In this document: positions 7,050 through 14,254 of the stretch, in pieces
Numbering within the stretch: position 1 is the stretch's first letter
Layout of the letters: every line of letters starts with the position of its first letter
DNA from: Thermomicrobiales bacterium
GTDB lineage: Bacteria; Chloroflexota; Chloroflexia; Thermomicrobiales; CADCWN01
NCBI GenBank assembly: GCA_035708265.1
Contig: DASSSV010000461.1
Coordinates: forward strand, 1 to 47,227
DNA length: 47,227 nucleotides
Direction of reading: 5' to 3'
Position numbers and translations under genes: made by a program
The notes under the pieces: generated by a model
Seen by the model: only the letters and a program-made list of their open reading frames with translations
What the model was told of the DNA's origin: nothing
Database searches by the model: none

Positions 7050-7080
7050 GCGGCCGCCCGCGCTGGGCGCGGGCGGCCGC
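7050..7080. terminator. bidirectional hairpin between convergent genes
   Basis: gcggccgcccgcgc (7050..7063), loop tgg, gcgcgggcggccgc (7067..7080): a perfect 14-bp stem between the ANTAR stop (7022) and the cdaR stop (7098). There is no U-tract. Confidence 0.5.
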
Positions 7081-7097
7081 GTCGTCTCCGCGCGCGG

Positions 7098-8444
7098 TCA
7101 GAGGCGGGGCCGCGCGATCCTGGCGGGCGCCAGGCCGGCCGGCTTGGTCGGCGCGGGGGTCGGGTGCGGCGTCGGGATGGGGGTCACGGTCGGCACCGGC
7201 GTCGCCGTCGGGACCGGCGTCGGGGTCGGCGGGCGGCTGATCTCCACGCGCACGGTCGGCGGCTGGTCCACCAGTTGCAGGTCGGGTGGCAGGGTGACGT
7301 GCGGCGTGATAGTGTAGACGCCCGGGCCGAGGCCCTGCAGGTCCGCCTCGACCTTGAGGTCGCTGCCGTTGAGCTGGCGCAGGCGGTCCAGCGGCCCGCT
7401 GACGGTGATGGTGATGTCCTCCGGGGTGATCGTCGTGCGGAGGCCCGCCCCGACGTTCACCGCCGTGACGCGCAGCCCGGTGAACTGCTGCCGCACCTGC
7501 TGCAGCTCGATCTGCACCTGCACGTTGATCGTCACCGGGTCCACCAGCCGGATGCCCTGCGGCAACTGCAACTGGACGTTGTAGACCGAGAAGGACTTGG
7601 TCTGTCCGCCGACGTCGATCGGCGCGGTCGAGATCTGGATGAGCTGGTTGAGCGTGTCCGCCGGCCCGTCGACCACCACGGTCGGCGGGCTGACCGTCCA
7701 GCTCGCCACGCGGTAGCCCTCCGGCGGCGATCCGGTGAGGTCCGGCACGACGCTGACCGTCCGCCCGACCCGCGTGACGGTGATGGTGGCGTCGACGCTG
7801 GCCGGGTCGATCGTCACGCCGGCGACGCGGTTGCCGGCGGCGTCGCGCGCCTCGGGCGTGAACTGCGCCTCGAAGGTGTCGCGGTGGTCGCCCAGCGCGA
7901 TCGGCAGCACGACGCGCGCGACGCGCCCGACCGCCGTGGCCGGCCCGCTGACGGCGACCTGCTTGGTCGCGACGTCGACGCCGGTGATGCTGTAGGACGC
8001 CGGCGAGGGCTGCGTCTCGGGGTCCAGCGGGAAGGTCTTGCTGGCCTGGCGGTCCACCGTCACCGCGATCGTCCGCGGCGTGACGCCGACGACGCGCACC
8101 TGCGCGGGCGTGTGGACCTTGACCGGCAGGTTGACGGTGCCGGGGCCCTTCACGCCGGACAGGTCGAGCTCGGCGTGCAGGTCGCTCGCGCCGACGCGCT
8201 GGATCGCCGAGTTCGGGCCGCGCACGTCGACGGCGACGGCCGGCAGCTTGTCCTGGTCGAGCACGACCAGGCCGGCCGGCCGGTTGACGATCGCCACGGT
8301 GACGCCGGTGAAGCGCGCGGCGGTGTCGGGGTCCTGCTGGTTGGTGACCCAGGCCCAGAGGAGGATGGCCAGGACGAGGGCGAAGAAGGCGCGCCAGAGG
8401 ACCGCGCCGTCGAGCCAGTGGGGGAGGTGGCGTTTGGCGCCCAC
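7098..8444 (-). CDS. cdaR: YbbR-domain protein, CdaA regulator-like, with a Pro/Thr-rich C-terminal tail
   Basis: Track ORF with an N-terminal TM segment (WRAFFALVLAILLWAWV) followed by repeated YbbR-like modules (VTVAIVNRPAGLVV..., VDLSGVKGPGTVNLPV...VVGVTPRTIAVTVD). It lies immediately downstream of cdaA, the conserved cdaA-cdaR arrangement. Confidence 0.8.
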   Translation of the reverse strand: MGAKRHLPHWLDGAVLWRAFFALVLAILLWAWVTNQQDPDTAARFTGVTVAIVNRPAGLVVLDQDKLPAVAVDVRGPNSAIQRVGASDLHAELDLSGVKGPGTVNLPVKVHTPAQVRVVGVTPRTIAVTVDRQASKTFPLDPETQPSPASYSITGVDVATKQVAVSGPATAVGRVARVVLPIALGDHRDTFEAQFTPEARDAAGNRVAGVTIDPASVDATITVTRVGRTVSVVPDLTGSPPEGYRVASWTVSPPTVVVDGPADTLNQLIQISTAPIDVGGQTKSFSVYNVQLQLPQGIRLVDPVTINVQVQIELQQVRQQFTGLRVTAVNVGAGLRTTITPEDITITVSGPLDRLRQLNGSDLKVEADLQGLGPGVYTITPHVTLPPDLQLVDQPPTVRVEISRPPTPTPVPTATPVPTVTPIPTPHPTPAPTKPAGLAPARIARPRL

Positions 8445-8457
8445 GATGCCCGCCCCC

Positions 8458-9282
8458 TCAGCCCTTGTCGCGCTGCCGGCCGCTGCGCTCGTCGCGGTCG
8501 CCGCCCATGCCGAGGAGCGTGCGCAGCTCGTCGCGCAACCGGTCGCCGGTCAGGTCGTGGTCGATCTCGCCGTTGTGGGCCAGGGCGATGCCGCCGGTCT
8601 GCTCGGAGATGATCAGGGCGATGGCGTCGGACTCCTCGCTGATGCCGAGCGCGGCGCGGTGGCGCGTGCCGAACTGGCCGGGCAGTGGCCCCTCGGCCAG
8701 CGGCATGATGCAGCGCGCGGCGACGATGCGGTCGCCACGGACGATCACGGCGCCGTCGTGGAGGGGCGAGTTCTTGAAGAAGATGTTGATGAGGAGCTGG
8801 CTGGTCAACTGCGCGTCGAGCAGCACGCCCTTGTCGGCGTAGTCCTGCAGCCCGGTATCGCGCTCGATCACGATCAGCGCGCCGATCTGCTGGCGCGCCA
8901 GCGAGGTGGCGGCGCGCACCAGCTCCTCGGTCGTGGTGCTGCCGGGGTGGGCGTGGTCGGTAGAGAGGAAGGGCAGGTTGAGCCAGGAGCCGGTGTGGCC
9001 GAGTTGCTCCAGCGCGCGGCGGAGTTCGGGCTGGAAGATGATCGGGATGGCCAGGACGAGCGCGGGGAGGGAGGTGCCGAGCAGCCAGCTCAGCGTCCGC
9101 AGCGGCAAGACGGTGCTGAGGAAGACCAGCGCGACGATCAGGATCAGGATGCCGCGCAGGAGCGGCAGCGCGCGCGTGCCCTGGGCGATCGTGAGCAGCC
9201 AGAAGAAGATCGCCGCCACGACGAGGATATCGAGTACCGCGAACGGGGTGACGCGGTAGATCAGCCAGAAGAATTCGGGCAT
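8458..9282 (-). CDS. cdaA: diadenylate cyclase (c-di-AMP synthase), membrane-anchored CdaA type
   Basis: In-frame ATG 9282 in track ORF 8458..9318. N-terminal TM helices, then the DAC domain: GALIVIERDTGLQDY...PLHDGAVIVRGDRIVAARCIMPL...GTRHRAALGISEESDAIALIISEQTG (DGA and RHR motifs). Confidence 0.9.
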   Translation of the reverse strand: MPEFFWLIYRVTPFAVLDILVVAAIFFWLLTIAQGTRALPLLRGILILIVALVFLSTVLPLRTLSWLLGTSLPALVLAIPIIFQPELRRALEQLGHTGSWLNLPFLSTDHAHPGSTTTEELVRAATSLARQQIGALIVIERDTGLQDYADKGVLLDAQLTSQLLINIFFKNSPLHDGAVIVRGDRIVAARCIMPLAEGPLPGQFGTRHRAALGISEESDAIALIISEQTGGIALAHNGEIDHDLTGDRLRDELRTLLGMGGDRDERSGRQRDKG

Positions 9283-9409
9283 CAGGACTCTCGCGCGCGC
9301 GGGACGCGGGGCGCTCACCCCCGCGGCCGGCGCCCAAACACAGCATGGCTCGGGGCGCGCCCCGCGAGGGCGGCGTGCTCCGCGCCGGCCACCGTGTTTG
9401 TATTATAGC

Positions 9410-9540
9410 GCAGACGGCAGATGGCAGACGCAGAAGAGTTGCGAGTTGATAGTTCATGGTTGATAGTGGGGCGCGCCTCCGCGACACTATCAACTGTCAA
9501 CTGTGAACTACCAACTCCTACTGCCGTCTGCCGTCTGCCG
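9410..9540. repeat. nested two-family heptamer-word hairpin (GGCAGAC words outside, GTTGATA words inside)
   Basis: The left side gcagacggcagatggcagacgcag...gttgcgagttgatagttcatggttgatagtg faces cactatcaactgtcaactgtgaactaccaactcc...ctgccgtctgccgtctgccg. The central 10-bp stem gttgatagtg/cactatcaac is perfect; the outer arms are imperfect but in 7-nt register. It lies between the TPR gene stop (9550) and the cdaA upstream region. Confidence 0.8.
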
Positions 9541-9549
9541 CCTCCCTCG

Positions 9550-12309
9550 TCACGCCGGGCGCTGCTCCTTGGCGAGCATCGCCATCGCCGTCTGGCGCGC
9601 CCTGGCCTGCGGGTCGTCGGGGGTGAGGCGGACGAGGCGGCGGTAGACGCGCTCGGCCTGGGCGTACTCGCCGACCGAGGCGAGCGCCTCGCCGAGCCGG
9701 TTGTAGGAGTCGGCGTCGCGCGGGTCGAGCACGATGACCTGGTGCAGCGCCGCGATGGTGTCCTGCGGGCGCCGCTGCTCCCAGAAGGTCCGCGCGATCG
9801 TCCGCTGCTGCTCCGCCGCCTCGGCCTGCCGCCCGCCCTGCAGCAGGCAGTTGATGTACGCCTGGCGCAGCGTCACGTTCTCCGGCGCGAGCGCGAGCAC
9901 CTGGTCGTAGAGCGCGTAGGCCCGCTCCCGCTCGCCGATCATCCAAGCGGTGTCGGCCCCGCGGCGCAGCGCCTCCGCGGCCTCGACCTGCCGGCCGGCG
10001 CGCTGGTGGATCGCGGCGACCGCGTCGAGTTCGCGCAGCGCCTCGGCCGGGAAGCCGCGCTTGAGGTAGAGGTCGGCCAGGCGCGACTTGACGGCCAGAT
10101 TGTCCCCCGCCAGTGCCGACATCTGCTTGAGCGTGTCGACCATCTCGATCAGCCGGCCGGCGTTAAGCTGCTGCGTGGCCAGATCGTCGAGCTCGTCGAG
10201 CGCCTGCCCCAGCCGGCCCTGCGCCTGGTAGAGCGCGGCGAGCCGCTGCCGCACCGTCGGGTCGGCCGGCAGGTCGACCTTCGCGCTCTCCAGCACGATC
10301 ACCGCGTTGTCGTGCTTCCCGCTGGCGATCAGGTTCTCCGCCAGCGCGACGTGGAGCGCGCCGACCGAGAGGGTCTCGCCGAAGAGCGCCGTCCGCGCGG
10401 CGAACGCGGCGACCTCGCGCTCGCGCAGGAGTTCGGCCGCGCGCTGGAGCCATTGCCGCTCCGCCGCGCTGTCGCCGAGCGCCGCCGCGGCCTGCTTGCA
10501 GCCGTAGGCCAGGACGAAGCGGACCGTCGCGCGCAGCGGGCCGCTGCCGACCCGCTGGGCCGCCAGGAAGAAGTCGCGCGCGCGGGCGGGCTCCCCCAGG
10601 GCGAGCGCGAGGATGCCGGCCGCGACCTGGAGGTTGCCGGCCAGCCCCTCGGCGGTCGGGATGACCCGCGCGTAGAGTTCGATGGCGCGCCGGCGAGCGT
10701 CGCCGCCCGCGTCGCCGAGGAGGGCGACTAGGCGCTCCAGCGAGGCCCAGTGGATCGCGCCCTCGCTGAAGGTGAGCGCGATGTTGGCGCCCGCCGTGGC
10801 CGGCGCGTCGTTGCGGTCGCGGCGCAGCAGCGCCTGGTAATAACCGAGCGCGCGCGAGGGGTCGCCTCCCTCCAGGTGCAGGCGCGCGGCCAGATGCAGC
10901 GAGGCGCTGTCCCCCGCGCCGCCGCCGGCGAGGCGGTCGGCGTAGTCGAGCGCGACCGGGAGCTGGCCGAGGGCCGCGGCGCGCTCGACCAGGGCGCGGA
11001 TGTCCACCCGGACGGCCGGGTCGCCGCCGTGGGTGAAATAGAGATCGGCCATGGTGGTCCACGGGCCGAGGTCGTCCGCGACGAGCGCGCCGAGGACGCG
11101 GTAGACCGGGATGGTGGACGCCGGCTCCTCCAGCGCGGTGTAGACGCCGATCAACTCGCGGCACTTCGCGGCGGCCTCGTTCAGATAGCCGAGGCCGGCG
11201 AGCGCCTCGGCCAGCCGCAGGTGGGCCGGCAGGTACTCGGGCGCCAGGACGATGACCTGCTCGCAGTCGTCGACGACGGCGTTGAAGTGCCCCTGGCGGT
11301 AGTCGTCGAGCGCGCGCGAGAGGAGGGCGCGCACGGCGCCAGGCTGCGCCAGTTCGCCCGGCAGCGGCACGGTCGGCGGCAGCGCGACGGGCGCCGGCAG
11401 GATCGTCGGCGCGAACTGGTACGGCGCCAGCGGCGCGGCGTCCCGCTCGTCGGGCAACACGGCGGTCGGCGTCACGCCGAGGCGGCCCAGGAGGCCCGTC
11501 CTGGTGACGCGCGCGGCGGCCTGCTCGGGGTCGAGCGGGCCGGTGAGCCGGCGGTAGGCCGTGCGCAGCCGGCCGGTGCCCTGGAGGCGGTCGCTGCCGC
11601 GCGCCCGGCTGAGGCCGATGCTGTCCTCGAGGAAGCCCGGCTGCTCGTCGAACGCCTCGAACGCGGCCGCGTCGTCCTCCTGCGCGCCGTCGTGGGCGGG
11701 CGGGGCGGCGTCGCGGGCGGGCGGCTGCAGGTCCAGCGCGGGCAGCGAGGCGCCGGGCGGGGCGGCGGTGTCGAGCGCCGCGGCGACGCCGCGCAGTTGC
11801 GCGATGTCGCGCGTGCCCTGCGCGCGGGCGGCCAGGAAGTCGGCCAGGGTCGAGGCGAGTTCGGCCGCGCGGTGGCGCTGGTCGAGCGAGGTGAAGGTGT
11901 CGATCGCCACGCGGAAGATGTGGCTGACCTCGGGGATCTGGTCGTCGGCGATCTGGTCGAGCGCGATGCGCGAGACCGCGGTGTAGAAATGCTCGCCCGC
12001 CGCGGCCAGCTCGCCGAGGGCGAGCTGGCACTCGCCGCTGGCGTAGTGCGCCGAGGCGCCGTACTCGGGCGAGTCGAGGCAGCGCTTGAGCAGCGTCACC
12101 GCGTCCTCGTAGAGCAACTGCTGCTTGTAGAGCAGGGCGAGGTTGTAGCAGACCTCGTCGGTGGCGTAGCCGGCGAGCAGCGCCTCCTCGTAGGTGCTGA
12201 CCGCGCCGTCGAGGTCGCCTTCGCTCTCCAGGGTCACGGCGCGCTCGACGAGGCGTCGGAGCTGCGCCTCCCCCCCCGCCGGGCCGCTCGCCTGCACACT
12301 GGCCGTCAT
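9550..12309 (-). CDS. large tetratricopeptide-repeat (TPR) protein
   Basis: In-frame ATG 12309 of track ORF 9550..12486. Many 34-residue TPR-like units (e.g. AVSTYEEALLAGYATDEVCYNLALLYKQQLLYEDAVTLLKRCL; ...YNRLGEALASVGEYAQAERVYRRLVRLTPDD). Confidence 0.8.
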   Translation of the reverse strand: MTASVQASGPAGGEAQLRRLVERAVTLESEGDLDGAVSTYEEALLAGYATDEVCYNLALLYKQQLLYEDAVTLLKRCLDSPEYGASAHYASGECQLALGELAAAGEHFYTAVSRIALDQIADDQIPEVSHIFRVAIDTFTSLDQRHRAAELASTLADFLAARAQGTRDIAQLRGVAAALDTAAPPGASLPALDLQPPARDAAPPAHDGAQEDDAAAFEAFDEQPGFLEDSIGLSRARGSDRLQGTGRLRTAYRRLTGPLDPEQAAARVTRTGLLGRLGVTPTAVLPDERDAAPLAPYQFAPTILPAPVALPPTVPLPGELAQPGAVRALLSRALDDYRQGHFNAVVDDCEQVIVLAPEYLPAHLRLAEALAGLGYLNEAAAKCRELIGVYTALEEPASTIPVYRVLGALVADDLGPWTTMADLYFTHGGDPAVRVDIRALVERAAALGQLPVALDYADRLAGGGAGDSASLHLAARLHLEGGDPSRALGYYQALLRRDRNDAPATAGANIALTFSEGAIHWASLERLVALLGDAGGDARRRAIELYARVIPTAEGLAGNLQVAAGILALALGEPARARDFFLAAQRVGSGPLRATVRFVLAYGCKQAAAALGDSAAERQWLQRAAELLREREVAAFAARTALFGETLSVGALHVALAENLIASGKHDNAVIVLESAKVDLPADPTVRQRLAALYQAQGRLGQALDELDDLATQQLNAGRLIEMVDTLKQMSALAGDNLAVKSRLADLYLKRGFPAEALRELDAVAAIHQRAGRQVEAAEALRRGADTAWMIGERERAYALYDQVLALAPENVTLRQAYINCLLQGGRQAEAAEQQRTIARTFWEQRRPQDTIAALHQVIVLDPRDADSYNRLGEALASVGEYAQAERVYRRLVRLTPDDPQARARQTAMAMLAKEQRPA

Positions 12310-12445
12310 CCTGCGCTCCCGTTCTCGTGTCGCCTGGTCCTTGTGCCGCGGATCGCGCCCTGGCGGGGCGGCGCGGCCTCCGGCCGGGCACGACTCCGCG
12401 ACGCCGTCGCGCCCGTGCCCGGCTCGCCACGCACCGTCACTGTCG

Positions 12446-12474
12446 AGTATAGGGACCGGCCGGGGCAGGGACAA
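12446..12474 (-). promoter_or_regulatory. sigma70-type promoter for the TPR gene
   Basis: Minus strand: TTGTCC (12474..12469), 17-nt spacer, TATACT (12451..12446), about 130 nt upstream of ATG 12309. Confidence 0.55.
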
Positions 12475-12537
12475 TGCCGGCGGCATAGTACTTTTGCTCT
12501 GGGAATGCCGAGTCGTTCGTCACTGGGGGGCAGGGGC

Positions 12538-12722
12538 ATGTGGGCCGTGGGCCGTGGGGCGTGGGCTGTCGGGTGTGGGCCGCGCATTTGACGTGGGGAC
12601 GGACGATCAGACCGGCGCGGGTGAGGTCAGGGGATCGCGTAGCGCCGGGGGAAGCACCCAACCACGCGGCCGCCCCCCCGGCTTACGGCCTACGCCTCAC
12701 GGCCCACGCCCTACGGCCCCCG
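12538..12722. repeat. heptamer-word element (GTGGGCC / GGCCCAC words) with imperfect inverted arms
   Basis: gtgggcc gtgggcc gtggggc gtgggct gtcgggt gtgggcc on the left; ggcttac ggcctac gcctcac ggcccac gccctac ggccc on the right. Same word family as 6063..6232. The right arm overlaps the last codons of the DnaI/DnaC-like gene. Confidence 0.7.
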
Positions 12723-13553
12723 CCGCCCGCCACGCGTCGACGGCCGGCGCAGGCCGCCGAAGGCGGGGTTGTCGTGGCGGCGGTAGTCGGGCGCGTCGAT
12801 CAGGACGTAGCGGCACAGGTGCGTGTCGCTCAGGCGCGAGACGATCCGCGCGTCGATCTGCTCGAAGTCGTGGTTGCTGGTCACGACGGTGGCCAGCCCC
12901 TCGTTGTAGCGGTGGTTGAAGATCTGGAAGAGTTTTTCCTTGGCCCAGGGTGTCGCGTTCTCGGTGCCCAGGTCGTCGAGGATCAGGAGCGGCACGCTGC
13001 GCACGTCCTGGAAGAGCTGGTCGTAGGTCACGCCGCCGGTGTCGCTCGGGTTGAAGGTGGCGCGCAGGTGGTCGAGGAGGTCGGGCACGATGGTGAAGAG
13101 CGCGCGTCCCCCCTGGTGCGTGATGTAGTAGTTGGCGATCGCCGCGGCCAGGTGGGTCTTGCCGGTGCCGCAGTTGCCGTGGAAGAAGATCCAGGGCGTG
13201 CCGGTGCCCTTGGGGTCGCGCGCGTAGGCGACAGCGATGTCGCGCGCGGCGGCGACATCGCGGTTGACACCGGGGTCGAAGCTCTCGAAGGTCTTGTGCT
13301 CGAAGGGGCCGAGGTTGCCGATGCGCAGCAGTTCTTCGTGCTTGCGCCGCTCGCGCTCGCGGATGCGGCACTCGCAGGGAATCAGGCGCCCGAAGTTCGG
13401 GTCGGTGATCGGCACCTCGAAGCGGACGTAGCCCGCGCCCTTGCAGATCGGGCAGACCTCCTCGTCCGGCTCAGCCGCTGGCGGCCCGCCGACCCCGGTA
13501 TTTCGCGGGATCGAACGTTCCAGCTCCTTGATGATGTCCCCGATGCTCCGCAT
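12711..13553 (-). CDS. DnaI/DnaC-like AAA+ replicative helicase loader
   Basis: Track ORF with GAAGGACGGGG upstream of ATG 13553. N-terminal zinc-binding-like CPICKGAGYV...LIPCEC, Walker A GNCGTGKTHLAAAI, Walker B LLILDDLG, then VVTSN. Lies next to DnaD-like and dnaB genes. Confidence 0.8.
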   Translation of the reverse strand: MRSIGDIIKELERSIPRNTGVGGPPAAEPDEEVCPICKGAGYVRFEVPITDPNFGRLIPCECRIRERERRKHEELLRIGNLGPFEHKTFESFDPGVNRDVAAARDIAVAYARDPKGTGTPWIFFHGNCGTGKTHLAAAIANYYITHQGGRALFTIVPDLLDHLRATFNPSDTGGVTYDQLFQDVRSVPLLILDDLGTENATPWAKEKLFQIFNHRYNEGLATVVTSNHDFEQIDARIVSRLSDTHLCRYVLIDAPDYRRHDNPAFGGLRRPSTRGGRRGP

Positions 13554-14211
13554 CTGTGCCGCCCCGTCCTTCGGTCGCCCACTTCTCCAGGATCGCGCGG
13601 ATGTAGCGCCAGTTGCGCTTGTTGTAGCTGACCGCCTCGCCGAAGGCGTCTTCGATCCAGTCGAGCGGGTAGCGCTCGGCCGCCTCGATGAGTTGGTCGG
13701 CGATCAGCGGCGTCAACAGGCCGATGTTCTGCTCGTAGAGGCGGAAGATATTCGGCCGGTCCGGCTCGATCAGCGGCGCCGGCTCGCCGGCACCGTGGAG
13801 GGCTGCCGGCGCGGCCAGGACGCCGCGCGCCATCTTCGCCAGCGCGTCGCGGTTGCGCGGCGTGTTCAGCAGGTACCAGGCCGCGCGCCGGCCGTCGGCG
13901 TGGTCCGCGACGAAGCGGAGCAGCGTGCCCCGCCCGGCCGCCAGGTCTAACCCCCGCCCGATGCTCTCGTCGGGCTCGCGGGGCGAGCCGAGCCGCTTCA
14001 GGCTCGCGCGGAGCGGCGGGTGCCGATAGACGACCTCCTCCGCCAGCGGCGCGTCGTAGCCGCCGGCCTCGGCCAGCAGGTCGAACGTGCAGAGGGTCAC
14101 CTTCAACTCGGCCAGGTCGGCGATCTGCGGCAGCACCTCCGCGACGAAGGCGCGCGGCACCGCCAGCGACGGCTCCTCGGCCGCCAGGAAGCCCCCGAAA
14201 CGCCTGGTCAC
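13471..14211 (-). CDS. DnaD-domain replication initiation / primosome protein
   Basis: Track ORF. The C-terminal DnaD/DnaB_2-type domain is IFRLYEQNIGLLTPLIADQLIEAAERYPLDWIEDAFGEAVSYNKRNWRYIRAILEKW. The 3' end overlaps the next gene by 83 nt, so the exact stop region is uncertain. Confidence 0.7.
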   Translation of the reverse strand: MTRRFGGFLAAEEPSLAVPRAFVAEVLPQIADLAELKVTLCTFDLLAEAGGYDAPLAEEVVYRHPPLRASLKRLGSPREPDESIGRGLDLAAGRGTLLRFVADHADGRRAAWYLLNTPRNRDALAKMARGVLAAPAALHGAGEPAPLIEPDRPNIFRLYEQNIGLLTPLIADQLIEAAERYPLDWIEDAFGEAVSYNKRNWRYIRAILEKWATEGRGGTDAEHRGHHQGAGTFDPAKYRGRRAASG

Positions 14212-14254
14212 GCCATCCCCCGCGATCCCGCCGCCCCGTGCCCGCCGGCCATCG

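Noticed and set aside
9402-9407. Promoter call for cdaA based on a perfect TATAAT on the minus strand
   Set aside because: No acceptable -35 lies at 16-18 nt (CGTCTG), there is no extended -10 TG, and the hexamer is embedded in a locally AT-rich patch that also reads as -10-like on the plus strand. It is mentioned in a finding but not listed as a feature.
9410-9540. Possibility that the short tandem repeats are CRISPR arrays
   Set aside because: The repeat unit is 7 nt with no unique spacers, the arrays are under 60 nt, arms are reverse complements of each other, and no cas genes are present. This is not CRISPR architecture.
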